Assembly (NCBI GenBank): GCA_046539845.1
Contig: JBKHGE010000010.1
Coordinates: 1-56,147 of the forward strand
DNA from: Desulfonatronovibrionaceae bacterium
Lineage (GTDB): Bacteria; Desulfobacterota; Desulfovibrionia; Desulfovibrionales; Desulfonatronovibrionaceae
Reading direction: 5' to 3'
Length of the DNA: 56,147 bases
How positions within the stretch are numbered: position 1 is the first letter of the stretch; each line of letters opens with the position of its first letter. Of the stretch, positions 1 to 10,784 are shown piece by piece. The position numbers and the translations under genes were made by a program. The notes under the pieces are model-generated. The model made no database searches. It had not been told where the DNA came from and saw nothing but the letters and a program-made list of their open reading frames with translations.

Positions 1-3000
1 TCCATCTCCCGCATAAGCCGGGCATAGGCCGCGAGCTGCTCTTGGTAGCGGCCGACTTCGCCCCGGATAAACTCCTCCTGGTCCCCTCTTGGAACAGAAG
101 TCTTGTAATCCACGATCCAGCGGATGCCCTCTTCATCCACAAAAGTCCGGTCTATGATCGCGCTGACCAGTCTGCCCTCCACCACCCCGGTGAGGCCGTA
201 CTCGCAGCGGGCACTCTCTCGCGGCCTTAAAATCCACTTTCCGACGGGGTCACTTACGGTATTTTCCAAGGCCTTTTTTACCATGGATACAGACTCGTCC
301 ATCTTTGTACCCGGGACTCCCAGGGTGGCCAGGCGCTTGGCGATCCTACCCTCCAGACCTTTTATCCGCGCCGCACTCCATTCGTCCGCCTTTTCCCGGC
401 CCATAGCCTGCAAGAATTCATGGACAACACTGCCCACATGACGCCGGAAATCATAAAGTCCACCCTCCTCTTCGCTCCCCGAGGAAGGGGGCTCCCCGTA
501 TTCGGACAAAGACCCGGGGGATAGCCCGCCGTTTATTTCCGGCCGACCCCAGTCCGGGGAAAGATAGCGCAGGCGGTTGGTTTCTTTCCTATCTTCCCCA
601 GTTTCCTTGCCTTCCCCGTAAAAAGGACAAAGTTCGGCTTCAGCGACAAAAGATTCTTCAATCCGCCCCAAAAAACTGTCTTTTTTTCCTATATTACCCT
701 TTGCCAGTTTTTCTTGCTCATTGAGGTCGAACTCGGCCAAAAGATGCAGATTTTTTCTGGCCCGGGTGGCGGCTACATACAAAAGCCGGCCCAGTTCGTT
801 ATCCTTTTTCTGCTTCTTTATCTCCCGGATATAAGTGTACACCGGGTTGTCCTTCTCTCCCGGCGCATTCAGCGGGGCCAAAAGGAAACGGAAGCCAGGC
901 TCAGACTTTCCTGTCTCGGACACCTCCATCATCTGGACCAGCTCTTTTGCACCGGACCTGCCTATCCTGTGCATACCGGGAATTATCACTGTATCAAACT
1001 CCAGTCCTTTGGATTTGTGCACGGTCATCAAGGAGACCGGGTTGCCCGTGGTGATCCGGGGCTGAGAATACAAGTCGCCCAGGGAATCTTCCAGGCGGCT
1101 GAAATCCGGGATGTCCCCGTTTTGCTCAAGGCCCTGCAAGTGCTTTAAAAAATTGTCTGCATCCAGTCTGTCCCGGTCCTCTTCCAGGCAGGCCGGTCCG
1201 CCCAGGTTCAGCCAGACCGTTTCCAGCAGCCGGGACATCCGCCTTCTGCCCCGCTCCAAGACCCCCTGGACCAAAACGGGCGCGGCGCGCCTGAGCCTTT
1301 GCGCCCCCTGTGGACTCAAAAAAGAAAATTCCCCGCCAGCCAGTACGTCCAAAACAGACCCGGACTTTGCACACTTCTCCGCAATTCGGGTCAAATCGGC
1401 CAGGTCCAGGCCTGTCCACGGCGCGCGCAGGACTGAGAACCAAGCCAGATCATCAGCCGGGTGGGCCAAAGCGCGGACCAAGGAGAAGAGGTCTAAAACC
1501 GGCTGCCTTTCCTGCAGAGGCTCGATATCCACGGCCTGGAACCCGATCCCTTCCCTGTCCAGGAGCCTGGAAATCTCTCGCAGGTGGCTGCGGCTGCGGA
1601 CTAAAACGGCTATGCTGCCTTCAGGGTCTTCCCGCCGGGTATCGCGGATTATCTCCAGGGCTTTTTGGGCCTCGGCCCGTCCCCCGGTTTCCGGCAAGAG
1701 GTACAGGCCCACTGCGCCGTTTCCCAAATTATATTTTTGCATCGCTGAATAGCGGACCGCTCCGGTCACCGGATCCTCGGAGAACTGGAACACGCCCGGG
1801 AAGACCTTGTTCACCCACTCGACAACCTCCTGGCCGGAGCGGAAATTCACGGTCAGATAGCGGGGCCTGGGATGGACGTCTGCAATCCCGTATGCGCGGC
1901 AGTTCTGGAAAATACCCACTTCCGCGTTGCGAAAACCATAGATGGACTGCATGGGATCGCCGACCAAAAAGATCGTCCGCCCGTCTCCGGGCTGCCAGCC
2001 GGAAACCAGGGTGGTGATTATTCTCTGCTGGACAAGGCTCGTGTCCTGATATTCATCCACCAGGAGGTGGTTTATGCGATAGTCCAGCTTTAACAGCAGA
2101 TCCGTTGGATTCTCGGGCGTGCCCAGGGAATCCAGGGCGAACTCGGTCACCTGAGTGTAGTCCACCTTGCCCTCGGCCTGCATGACCAGATACAAGTGGG
2201 CCAGGGAGCGTTTGAGCACCCGGATAAGGGCGACCAGAAGCTCCCAGTCCGCGTCCATGTATTCGGTGTCCGGGAGATTTTTAAGCGTGTGCAGGGCCTG
2301 GCGCAGGGTTTGATTATCGGCCAATTCTGCAAGCATCCGGCTGTATTCCTGCTTGTATTCCCTGGCCCGATCCTTTTCCTCTCCGGATGTTAAATCCTTC
2401 GGGGGCGGAAAACCCTGTTTCACATTGACCTGTTTCCGCCAGCTTCCGGACTCGGTCAGAAAAAATCTCCTCCACTTTTGCCATTCCTGGACCTGCGCGG
2501 CTGAAGGGCCGGGAAAATTCCCGGCCCCGGGCATATCCAGGTTTTGGGAGCTATAATTATACAGACGCAAAAGCCGGTCCCGCAAGGAGGGATCAAGCCC
2601 TTCAATCAAATGGCTGACCCGGGCAAGCATCCCCTGCACCTGAGACTCGAGTTCTCTCTGCAAAAGCTCCCGGATGGTTTCGTCCCCGTCAGCGGCCTTT
2701 AAAATCTCCATCCAATGCTCGCGCCTCGAAAGCATAACTGCTATAAGCTCGGTCAGGCGGTTCCAATCGTTGTCCACATGCCGCAAAACGCGTGCAAGTT
2801 CGGGCCGGTCCTCCCGGCCGGTAAGCTCCATAAGCGTATTCACGGCCGCCTGAGCATACAAAACGTGACCGTTTTCGACCACTTCCGGTCTTTTTCCGAA
2901 ACCGGAAAGCAAAGGCATCTGGGCACTCAAATAAAAACAAAAAGAATCTATGGTCTGGATGCGTAGTCGATTTGGATTTTCTTGCAGATTCCATCCCAGT

Positions 3001-3314
3001 TCGCGGTCCCTTTTAACCACGGCCGCGGCCAGCTCCCGGGTCAGTCTTTTATGCTCCGGGAGTTCACCGCTCAAGGGAGAAGGTGTTGCGGCTTGCTGCA
3101 AAGCGGAAAGTATCCGGCCGCGCATCTCTGCCGCGGCCTTGCGGGTAAAGGTCATGGCCAGGATCTCCTCCGGCTTTTTAACCTTACCCAAGAGACGAAG
3201 ATAGCGCTGAATCAAAAGCTCGGTCTTCCCAGATCCGGCTGGGGCCTGGACAATAAAGCTCTCTTCCGGATGGAGACATTCCCTGCGGATATGGGCGTCT
3301 TCAGGTTCAGCCAT
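1..3314 (-). CDS. AddA/UvrD-like SF1 helicase with C-terminal PD-(D/E)XK nuclease; partial, the 3' end runs off the window
   Basis: Absent from the ORF track, so translated by hand from the ATG at 3314, which overlaps the upstream stop. It reads MAEPEDAHIRRECLHPEESFIVQAPAGSGKTELLIQRYL...ILAMTFTRKAAAEMR (Walker A). The same frame gives HLLVDEYQDTS near 2069, VGDPMQSIYGFR, and WIVDYKT...YQEQLAAYARLM at the window edge. Confidence 0.92.
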   Translation of the reverse strand, partial: MAEPEDAHIRRECLHPEESFIVQAPAGSGKTELLIQRYLRLLGKVKKPEEILAMTFTRKAAAEMRGRILSALQQAATPSPLSGELPEHKRLTRELAAAVVKRDRELGWNLQENPNRLRIQTIDSFCFYLSAQMPLLSGFGKRPEVVENGHVLYAQAAVNTLMELTGREDRPELARVLRHVDNDWNRLTELIAVMLSRREHWMEILKAADGDETIRELLQRELESQVQGMLARVSHLIEGLDPSLRDRLLRLYNYSSQNLDMPGAGNFPGPSAAQVQEWQKWRRFFLTESGSWRKQVNVKQGFPPPKDLTSGEEKDRAREYKQEYSRMLAELADNQTLRQALHTLKNLPDTEYMDADWELLVALIRVLKRSLAHLYLVMQAEGKVDYTQVTEFALDSLGTPENPTDLLLKLDYRINHLLVDEYQDTSLVQQRIITTLVSGWQPGDGRTIFLVGDPMQSIYGFRNAEVGIFQNCRAYGIADVHPRPRYLTVNFRSGQEVVEWVNKVFPGVFQFSEDPVTGAVRYSAMQKYNLGNGAVGLYLLPETGGRAEAQKALEIIRDTRREDPEGSIAVLVRSRSHLREISRLLDREGIGFQAVDIEPLQERQPVLDLFSLVRALAHPADDLAWFSVLRAPWTGLDLADLTRIAEKCAKSGSVLDVLAGGEFSFLSPQGAQRLRRAAPVLVQGVLERGRRRMSRLLETVWLNLGGPACLEEDRDRLDADNFLKHLQGLEQNGDIPDFSRLEDSLGDLYSQPRITTGNPVSLMTVHKSKGLEFDTVIIPGMHRIGRSGAKELVQMMEVSETGKSEPGFRFLLAPLNAPGEKDNPVYTYIREIKKQKKDNELGRLLYVAATRARKNLHLLAEFDLNEQEKLAKGNIGKKDSFLGRIEESFVAEAELCPFYGEGKETGEDRKETNRLRYLSPDWGRPEINGGLSPGSLSEYGEPPSSGSEEEGGLYDFRRHVGSVVHEFLQAMGREKADEWSAARIKGLEGRIAKRLATLGVPGTKMDESVSMVKKALENTVSDPVGKWILRPRESARCEYGLTGVVEGRLVSAIIDRTFVDEEGIRWIVDYKTSVPRGDQEEFIRGEVGRYQEQLAAYARLMREM

Positions 3315-6045
3315 CGGCCATTTCTCCCTCAAAACCAACCTCTTCCCCGGGCAGGGCTTCGTTTATCCGGCAAAGCGGCTTTAAACGGCACCGCCGGCAG
3401 GAAAAGGCATATCCGGAGGCCTGCACGGGATCGGCCGGGCCGTAGCCGGACTTTATCTCCTCCGCCAGCTGTTCAAGCCTCTCCCTCCAGCTGTTTAAAA
3501 CCTCCTTCATGTCTTTAAATCCAAATTCCTGCACCGTTTTCATTTTCCCGGTCAAGGGCAACTCGGCCCTGCTGTCCGCTATCCCTAAAAATTCCATGTT
3601 CCGGGGATTTACCCGGGCCACACACACGACGGACAGCTCTTCTTGCAACATATGCACGGCGTAAACCGGGAGCTGGGGCTCTATCATCCGTTCTTCCATC
3701 CACATAACCGCAGCAGAGGGAAGGCTCGCCCCGGTTTTGTAGTCAATGAGCATCGCGGCCCCGGATTCAAGCGTATCCGCCCGGTCGGAACGGACTTTGA
3801 TCTTAAGGCCTCCGATTGAAACCGTCGTCCTCTCTTCCAGACTTCGGATCTGGAAAAAAGGCCTGTCTTTTTCCACCTCCAGCCAGCTCATGAGTATATC
3901 TTTCAGCCGAAGCGCCTCCAGGCGCAGATACTTTTTGGTCCGCACCAGGCTTTCCGGACTGATCCAGAGCCCGGCGGTCTGCTCGGCAATTTCGGTCACA
4001 AGGCGCAAAAGCTCGCCTTCATTCATCTCCAGAAGGCCGTCCCGGGAATTCAATTCCTGCCACAAAGTCCAAAGCGCCCGGTGGACCATCTCTCCCCTCT
4101 CCGCAGGCCCGAGTCCGGGAACCGGGCTTTGCGGTTCTTCCGTCTTCAGGCGGGCCTGCGCATACCCCTTGAACGGGCAGACCGCCTGATCCCTGAACAC
4201 TGCCGTGCCTCCCGCAGGCGACAAATCGGCCAGTGGAAGACCGTGGCTGTCAAAGCCCTCTTCTACCCCGCCGCCTTGTCGCACATGCTGCCAGAGAGCG
4301 GATCTTTCCATATGGGCCAAGACCTCCTGGGGATCAATATCCGGCAAATCGATTACAAAAGGACTGGGTATGATTTCCGTATCTTCTTCGGCCCGGGGAT
4401 AGCTGCAGACGATTTCCCCGGCCGCAAGGCGCATATTTTCCCAAATGCGGCCGGCCATTTCCAACTCCCGCTCCGGACACGAGCCGGGCATAAAAAGGCG
4501 CCTTTGGTCCCGGACAGGGATAAACGGATCCGGATCCGCCCTCCCGGGCAGGACATCCGCGGTCATCCCGGCTAGCCAAATTTTATCCATAGCCTGACCG
4601 ACGGCCTCGAAGAGACCCATAACCTGGATACCCGCCGCTGGAGAACGGGGCTGAAAAATACGCTCGGACAGGATGCGCCGCAAGTAGTCCAGGGCAGTAG
4701 CGAAGTCAGTGCGGGGACTGACCGCGTCCAGCCCGGCCAATTCGGATAAGACTTCCCGGAAGGCGCGGATGGTTTGATATTCCCTACTGCTAACAGTCCG
4801 ATCCCCGGGCCATCCCCAGGCCTGCAATACAGAGGCAAAGATCCGGGCCCACTCCCCAAGGGTCATGACCTCTGAAGGCAGATTAAAAACGTCCCTGGCC
4901 TGGCGTAGAGAGGCGGCGAATTTAAGGCACTCGCCCCTTTTTTCCGCCTCAGCCAGTTTGCGCTCCAGCATTTTGGATTTGATCCAATGTTCCCGTTTTT
5001 CCCGGATTTCCCGGTCCAGGATGGCCCGGGCGCAGAGTTCCTCTTCACCGCGGACAAAAGGGGAAACAAGGACCCGGCCCAACTCGGCTGTGTTAAGAAC
5101 TCTTTGCAAGGGGATTGCCAGTAAAAGGCAGGCATGGTCTACGATTTGATATCCGGCCAAAGGGGTACCCATGGAAATATTATAGGCCGGAGCGCTCCCG
5201 GGAGTAAGAGAAAGGACCTTTTCCGGCTGCAGGATGCGGTCAAATATCCGGACCACACGACTGCGGACCCTTTCCAGGTCGGGAATGATCACCGCGACGT
5301 TAGAGGCCTTTTTGGTCTTGATCTCCTTTTCCGCCCAGGCCGCGGCCGCTTCCAGCTCCTGATCCGGATCAGCAAAACTCAACTTGCCCCCCTTTCCCTC
5401 TTCCCGGCTGCGGGAAAGATTATAAAGACGGCACGATCTTTCCCTAAAAACGGAAAAAATACGCTCCTGCGAGGGGTCAAACTCTAGAAAGCCGCAGACG
5501 ATCACCTCCTCGGGAATAAGACCTGCCTTTTCTTCCAAAAGATCGGCCATATACCAGGCAAGCGCACTCTGCTCCAGCCAATTTTGCGTCGCGCATTTGT
5601 CCATGAACGCCTTGCCCCAGGAGACAAACGCCTCGTTCTCCCAGTCCCCCTCCGGATGCATATCTTTCGGGGCCAGTCCCCATCTGCGGCAAAGCATCCA
5701 GGAGCGGCGGGCCATACGGGCCAGATCGCGGGAGGGGAAAAGGGTCCGGGGGGGATTTTCTTCTATTATCCTTTCCCAAAGGATGAGTTCCTGATCCGGG
5801 GAAAGGAGAAAAGGCAGGTCCATTTCCAGGGAAAGTCGGGAATAGAGCTCGACGAGCCAGGAAGAAAGAGGCATAATGGCCGGGGTCTCCCAGGTATTCG
5901 CTCCTTGGGAGCGCCTGTACCCGGCATAAAGAGCGCCCAGCTCCCGGGCCAGGCGGTTGTTCGAGGTCAGGAGCAAAGCCCGGCTCTCCAGTTTTTCTAA
6001 GGCCTGGCTTTCTTCAATTACAGCAAAAGGCATAAAAAATCCCAT
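3307..6045 (-). CDS. AddB-like PD-(D/E)XK nuclease partner (inactive helicase fold plus Fe-S staple nuclease)
   Basis: C-terminal RSDRAD..LIDYKTG..EPQLPVY nuclease motifs. The Cys in AVCPFK plus the terminal CRRCRLKPLC fit a 4-Cys Fe-S staple. Overlaps the AddA-like start. The start could be 6045 or 6033. Confidence 0.85.
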   Translation of the reverse strand: MGFFMPFAVIEESQALEKLESRALLLTSNNRLARELGALYAGYRRSQGANTWETPAIMPLSSWLVELYSRLSLEMDLPFLLSPDQELILWERIIEENPPRTLFPSRDLARMARRSWMLCRRWGLAPKDMHPEGDWENEAFVSWGKAFMDKCATQNWLEQSALAWYMADLLEEKAGLIPEEVIVCGFLEFDPSQERIFSVFRERSCRLYNLSRSREEGKGGKLSFADPDQELEAAAAWAEKEIKTKKASNVAVIIPDLERVRSRVVRIFDRILQPEKVLSLTPGSAPAYNISMGTPLAGYQIVDHACLLLAIPLQRVLNTAELGRVLVSPFVRGEEELCARAILDREIREKREHWIKSKMLERKLAEAEKRGECLKFAASLRQARDVFNLPSEVMTLGEWARIFASVLQAWGWPGDRTVSSREYQTIRAFREVLSELAGLDAVSPRTDFATALDYLRRILSERIFQPRSPAAGIQVMGLFEAVGQAMDKIWLAGMTADVLPGRADPDPFIPVRDQRRLFMPGSCPERELEMAGRIWENMRLAAGEIVCSYPRAEEDTEIIPSPFVIDLPDIDPQEVLAHMERSALWQHVRQGGGVEEGFDSHGLPLADLSPAGGTAVFRDQAVCPFKGYAQARLKTEEPQSPVPGLGPAERGEMVHRALWTLWQELNSRDGLLEMNEGELLRLVTEIAEQTAGLWISPESLVRTKKYLRLEALRLKDILMSWLEVEKDRPFFQIRSLEERTTVSIGGLKIKVRSDRADTLESGAAMLIDYKTGASLPSAAVMWMEERMIEPQLPVYAVHMLQEELSVVCVARVNPRNMEFLGIADSRAELPLTGKMKTVQEFGFKDMKEVLNSWRERLEQLAEEIKSGYGPADPVQASGYAFSCRRCRLKPLCRINEALPGEEVGFEGEMADG

Positions 6046-6046
6046 T

Positions 6047-6085
6047 TAAAACGCCCCGCCTGATCCCAAGCAGGGCATTTTATTC
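6047..6085 (-). terminator. Probable intrinsic terminator/hairpin after mscS
   Basis: Minus strand aaaatgccctgctt-gggatc-aggcggggcgtttt stem-loop. Confidence 0.5.
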
Positions 6086-6109
6086 AAATCCCGCGGTCCG
6101 AACTGGGCC

Positions 6110-7039
6110 TTATTCTCCCGTGCCTTCGTCAAAGGCCCCTGCGCTTATCTTTTTGTCCAGGACCGAGAGCTCAAAAGGTTTGCTGGCCTCGCCGAAATAG
6201 ACCGTGGTATGCGGGAATGGTATCTCGATGCCCTTTTCGTCAAAAAGCATCTTTACCCGGCGCAAGAATTCCCGCCCCACCTTCCACTGCATGATTGGCT
6301 TGGTCTTGATCCTGCCCTTGACCACCACTCCGGAATCAGCCAGCTTGTCCAGGCCGAAGACTTCCACGTCCTCCAGGATGAGCGGGCCGTATTCAGGGTC
6401 ATTGCGGATTTCCGCACCCACGGAATGGATCAGCTCTATAACCTGGTTCACGTCTTCCTTGTAGGCCACACTTATTTCAAAGACATAGGCCGACCATTCG
6501 TTGGTCATATTGCTTAAGGTAGTAATGGTCCCGTTGGGGAAGATATGCACCACTCCGGATAGATCGCGCAGGATGGTGGTCCGGAAGTTTATCCGTTCCA
6601 CCACCCCGCCGGTCCCGTTAACGATCGCCACGTCCCCGACCCGGATCTGGTTCTCCAGGATCAAAAAGAACCCGGAAATCACATCCCGGACCAGGTTCTG
6701 GGCTCCGAATCCGACAGCCAGACCAAGGATACCGGCACCGGCCAAAATCGGCCCGATCTTGACCCCGATATGATCAAAAATAATCAAAAGGACTATAGCC
6801 CAGAGCAGGATCACCGCCCCCTGGCGTATAAGGCGCATAAGGGTGTTTATCCGCTTGGAGGACTCAGTGGGCACATCCCCGTCCGGGACCTGTTTGTCCA
6901 TGAGGTGTTTCTCCAAACGTCGCAAGAGACGGATAAGGACCAGATTGGCGACTAGCGCCAACACAAGAGTTGCACCCATCCGGACCAGGCCTCCGACCAA
7001 AACCAGCCATTCTATCCGGGTCAACAGACTCTCGAGCAT
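6110..7039 (-). CDS. Small-conductance mechanosensitive channel, MscS family (YbiO-like core)
   Basis: LAGAGILGLAVGFGAQNLVRDVISGFFLILENQIRVGD and HIFPNG motifs; C-terminal GIEIPFP. Confidence 0.93.
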   Translation of the reverse strand: MLESLLTRIEWLVLVGGLVRMGATLVLALVANLVLIRLLRRLEKHLMDKQVPDGDVPTESSKRINTLMRLIRQGAVILLWAIVLLIIFDHIGVKIGPILAGAGILGLAVGFGAQNLVRDVISGFFLILENQIRVGDVAIVNGTGGVVERINFRTTILRDLSGVVHIFPNGTITTLSNMTNEWSAYVFEISVAYKEDVNQVIELIHSVGAEIRNDPEYGPLILEDVEVFGLDKLADSGVVVKGRIKTKPIMQWKVGREFLRRVKMLFDEKGIEIPFPHTTVYFGEASKPFELSVLDKKISAGAFDEGTGE

Positions 7040-7080
7040 TTTTTCTCCTTTGCAACCATCCGGGATTAATCAAACAAACA

Positions 7081-7824
7081 CTATATATCCGGCCTGACTT
7101 CGGCCTTAAAGGCCATAAGCGGCGTATGCAGCGGTTTTTTATTCAATATATCCACTCGCATACCAATAAAAGCACCCATAAACGGCGGTAGAATAGGACG
7201 ACTTAGAAAGCGGCACACCCGGCTTTCCGTCCACATGGCCGGGGGAGTGGCCAAAACGGATCTGGAATAAACACTTCTTTTTCCCAAAGCGCGACGCAGA
7301 ATGGCGCTCATCTCCAGCCAGGAATACCACTGTGCCCGATGCAGGGTACTCTCTTTGCCATTTTTGCCCTTTCGCCCCGCAGAAAGATAATAAAGGGAGT
7401 GGCGGTTCAAAAAAGCCACAAAGAGCTCCTTGCGGCTCACCCGGGCCGCCTCCCTGACCACGGCCGCCGGATCAGGGCAGAACTCCAAAACAGCTATCAA
7501 CGCGGCAAAATCGAATTCCTTGTCCTCAAAGGGCAAATGCGCCCCGTCCGCCAGGTGCAAATCGGCCCGGCCGCCCAGTCTATGCCTGGCCCTGGAGAGC
7601 ATCTCCGGGGAAATATCCACGCCGGTCACGTCAAAACCGGCTTCCCAGAACATCTCCAAAAAAACGCCTGTCCCGCAGCCGATCTCCAGGAGGGACTGCT
7701 TGCGCCTAGGCCAAAAAGAGATCAAATGCTGCATAAGGCGCTTCTCCTGGGCCAAGGCAAACCTGCCCTGCCCGGAGTTTACCCAGGCATCGTATCTCTG
7801 TGCCGCTTCCCGGGTCCAGTCCAT
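7081..7824 (-). CDS. Class I SAM-dependent methyltransferase
   Basis: LLEIGCGTG, VTGVDISPEML and LPFEDKEFD motifs; coupled to the ilvD stop. Confidence 0.88.
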   Translation of the reverse strand: MDWTREAAQRYDAWVNSGQGRFALAQEKRLMQHLISFWPRRKQSLLEIGCGTGVFLEMFWEAGFDVTGVDISPEMLSRARHRLGGRADLHLADGAHLPFEDKEFDFAALIAVLEFCPDPAAVVREAARVSRKELFVAFLNRHSLYYLSAGRKGKNGKESTLHRAQWYSWLEMSAILRRALGKRSVYSRSVLATPPAMWTESRVCRFLSRPILPPFMGAFIGMRVDILNKKPLHTPLMAFKAEVRPDI

Positions 7825-9491
7825 CAGACTTTAGACACGGCCCCCCTGGAGGCCGAAGTGGTCATCCGGCTGTAGCGGCGCAGAAAGGAAGACTGCTCCG
7901 CATCCGGGGTCCAGTAGAATTTTTTTCTCCTGTCCTCAAGTTCCTGTTCGTCCACCAGGATATCCAGTTTGTTTTCCGGGATGTTTATGCTTATCCGGTC
8001 CCCGTCCCGGACCAAAGCTATCGGCCCGGACTCGGCCATCTCCGGGGAGACATGGCCGATAGCCGCCCCGCGGGTCCCGCCGCTGAACCGGCCGTCGGTT
8101 ATGAGCGCCACCTCCCGGTCCAGACCCATTCCGGCAATGGCCGAAGTCGGGGTGAGCATCTCCCGCATACCCGGACCGCCCTTGGGCCCCTCGCCGCGGA
8201 TAACCACCACGTCGCCGGCCTTTATCTGACCATCCATGATGGCGGTAACAGCCTGTTCCTCGGACTCAAACACCCGGGCCTCTCCGATGCGGACCAGCAT
8301 GTTCTCGGCCACTGCCGACTGCTTGACCACCGCGCCTTCCGGGGCCAGGGAACCGCGCAGAATGGCTATCCCTCCCTGCGGGCTGTAGGGATCGTTTACC
8401 GGCCGGATGACCTCCCTGTTTTTCACCCCGGGACGCATATCGCGGAGGTTTTCGCCCAGAGTTTTTCCGGTGGCCGTGGACACGTCCAGATGCAAAAGGT
8501 CTTTTGCGGCCAGCTCCCGCATTACCGCGGGTATGCCTCCGGCCGCATCCAGGTCCTCCAGGTGGTGCGGCCCAGCCGGAGACAGGCGGCACAGGTTCGG
8601 GGTACGGCGGCTTATCTGATCAAATATATCCAGATCCACATCCAGCCCGGCCTCCCGGAATATGGCCGGCAGATGCAAAACTGTATTCGTGGAGCAGCCC
8701 AGGGCCATATCCACGGCCACGGCGTTGGCCACGCTCTTTTCGGTGACAATGTCTGAAGGTTTGATCCCGGATCTCAAAAGCTCCATCACCTGCATTCCGG
8801 CCTGCTTGGCCAGGCGCAGTCTGGAACTGGCCACCGCCGGGATGGTCCCGTTTCCGGGCAGGGCCAGGCCGATGGCCTCGGAAAGACAATTCATGGAGTT
8901 GGCGGTAAACATCCCGGAACAGGAGCCGCATGTAGGGCAGGCCGACTCCTCCAGGCGGGCAAGCTCCTCTTCATCCATCTGTCCGCTTTTGACCCGGCCC
9001 ACCGCCTCGAACACAGAAATAAGATCCGTGCTCTTGCCTTCGTGCCTCCCGGCCAGCATGGGACCTCCGCTCAGGACAATGGCCGGGATATTCATGCGCA
9101 CAGCGGCCATAAGCATGCCGGGGACGATCTTGTCACAATTAGGGATAAGGACCAAAGCATCAAAGGGATGGGCCGAGGCCATCACCTCCACACTGTCGGC
9201 GATAAGCTCCCGGCTGGGCAGGCTGAAACGCATCCCGCGATGGTTCATGGCTATCCCGTCACACACACCAATAGTGGAAAATTCCAGGGGAGTGCCCCCG
9301 TTCATGCGCACCCCGGCCTTGACTGCTGCGGCCACTTCCTTCAGGTGCACATGCCCGGGCACGATCTCATTCGCTGAATTGGCGATTCCGACAATGGGCC
9401 GCGCGAGTTCCTCCCGGGTCAGGCCGGCGGCGAACATGAGCGAGCGGTGGGGGGCCTTCTCCATTCCCTGAGTCATATCCTTGCTACGCAT
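7824..9491 (-). CDS. ilvD: Dihydroxy-acid dehydratase
   Basis: [37 protein letters not shown] and TDGRFSGGT motifs. Start taken at ATG 9491 (MRSKDM); the track starts at 9527. Confidence 0.97.
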   Translation of the reverse strand: MRSKDMTQGMEKAPHRSLMFAAGLTREELARPIVGIANSANEIVPGHVHLKEVAAAVKAGVRMNGGTPLEFSTIGVCDGIAMNHRGMRFSLPSRELIADSVEVMASAHPFDALVLIPNCDKIVPGMLMAAVRMNIPAIVLSGGPMLAGRHEGKSTDLISVFEAVGRVKSGQMDEEELARLEESACPTCGSCSGMFTANSMNCLSEAIGLALPGNGTIPAVASSRLRLAKQAGMQVMELLRSGIKPSDIVTEKSVANAVAVDMALGCSTNTVLHLPAIFREAGLDVDLDIFDQISRRTPNLCRLSPAGPHHLEDLDAAGGIPAVMRELAAKDLLHLDVSTATGKTLGENLRDMRPGVKNREVIRPVNDPYSPQGGIAILRGSLAPEGAVVKQSAVAENMLVRIGEARVFESEEQAVTAIMDGQIKAGDVVVIRGEGPKGGPGMREMLTPTSAIAGMGLDREVALITDGRFSGGTRGAAIGHVSPEMAESGPIALVRDGDRISINIPENKLDILVDEQELEDRRKKFYWTPDAEQSSFLRRYSRMTTSASRGAVSKV

Positions 9492-9656
9492 AAGAAATCC
9501 TTGGTCTTGTTGTTTGCGGGTAAGCAATCAAGCAGTGTTTTGCGGCGGCTCCTCCCGCCTTTTGGCTCCGGCCCGGGAACGAAATGGTCAACCCGTCCCT
9601 TTTGTACGTATTGTGCAGACAGTTCTGGGCATGGTCAAGTCCGGACGCAAAAAATA

Positions 9657-9706
9657 AACCCCTTAACGCCAATCCGCACTTTTGCCCGGATTGGCGTTAA
9701 GGGGTT
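9657..9706. repeat. Perfect 20-bp inverted repeat with 10-nt loop, terminator-like on the minus strand
   Basis: aaccccttaacgccaatccg-cacttttgcc-cggattggcgttaaggggtt, followed by tatttttt on the minus strand. Confidence 0.85.
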
Positions 9707-9766
9707 GAAAAATCAAGAGTCAAGCAAGAAAGATACGCAAACGCTCCGTATCCAGGTCCCAAACCC

Positions 9767-9795
9767 AAAAAAAAGCACCCGCTGGGTGCTTTTTT
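9767..9795 (-). terminator. Intrinsic terminator of lpxC (bidirectional type)
   Basis: aaaaaagcaccc-gct-gggtgctttttt with A/T tracts on both sides, ~45 nt after the lpxC stop. Confidence 0.8.
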
Positions 9796-9841
9796 GCCTT
9801 GGACACAAAACAATACGGCCCGTTTTGTTTGCTTTTCCGGT

Positions 9842-10762
9842 TCAGGCCAGGGCCGGCTCCATTTCCGGGACCTGGACCTCGTCCGGGGTAAGGGCGGCAG
9901 CAGCCTTTTCTTCGGGCACCGGCTCCAGATAGTCGTCCTGATTGCGGACCAAAAAACGCAAAAAAGCATTATTTAAGGCGTGCCCGGAATATTTTATCCG
10001 GAAATCGCCCCACATGGGCATACCCATGACCGCCATGTCCCCGATAAAATCAAGTATCTTGTGCCGGACCATTTCGTCCTTAAAACGCAGCCCCTCAGGA
10101 TTAACCACGTCATACTCGTCCAGGACCACGGCATTGTCCAGGGAGCCGCCCCGGGCCAGCCCCATCTGTTGCATTTTTTCCACATCCTTCAAGAATCCGA
10201 AAGTCCGGGCATTGGCCACGTCCCGGTTGAAGGCCTCTGGGCTGAACTGGAACGTAAATTCCTGCTCTCCGATCATGGGATGATCAAAGTCAATGGTATA
10301 ATGGACACGGAAGCCATTATACGGGCGGACCCGGATGGACTTTCCATCCTTTTCAAATTTCATGTCCCGCTTAAAGCGCATGATATTCTTGGGTTTACTC
10401 TGGGTACGGATCCCGGCGCTCTTAAGCAAAAAGACGTAAGGCGAGGCGCTCCCGTCCAGGATGGGCAACTCATTGCCAAAGACCTCAACGCGCAGGTTGT
10501 CCAGCCCCAGGCCGTATGCAGCGGACAAGAAATGCTCAATAGTGGATATGCTGGAATCACCCTCGGCGATTGTCGTGGCCAGTCCGGTATCCCGGACCTT
10601 GTCCGGATGCAGGTCTATGATCGCAGACCTGGAAGCATTGATTGACATAAACACCAAGCCGGTATCCTCTTGGGCCGGATGCAGGGCCAGATGCACCTTT
10701 TCCCCGGAATGGAGCCCGATGCCTGAACAACTGATTGATTTCCTGATGGTTTTTTGCTGCAT
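9842..10762 (-). CDS. lpxC: UDP-3-O-acyl-N-acetylglucosamine deacetylase
   Basis: QKTI..GIGLHSG, STIEH, PILDGSA, ARTFGF and RHKILDFIGD motifs. Start at ATG 10762 after GGAGGG. Confidence 0.97.
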   Translation of the reverse strand: MQQKTIRKSISCSGIGLHSGEKVHLALHPAQEDTGLVFMSINASRSAIIDLHPDKVRDTGLATTIAEGDSSISTIEHFLSAAYGLGLDNLRVEVFGNELPILDGSASPYVFLLKSAGIRTQSKPKNIMRFKRDMKFEKDGKSIRVRPYNGFRVHYTIDFDHPMIGEQEFTFQFSPEAFNRDVANARTFGFLKDVEKMQQMGLARGGSLDNAVVLDEYDVVNPEGLRFKDEMVRHKILDFIGDMAVMGMPMWGDFRIKYSGHALNNAFLRFLVRNQDDYLEPVPEEKAAAALTPDEVQVPEMEPALA

Positions 10763-10784
10763 TGTTCCCTCCGCGGCTATAGAC

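Noticed and set aside
42..3518. Many plus-strand ORFs of 60-235 aa
   Set aside because: Antisense shadows of the AddA-like gene; no motifs.
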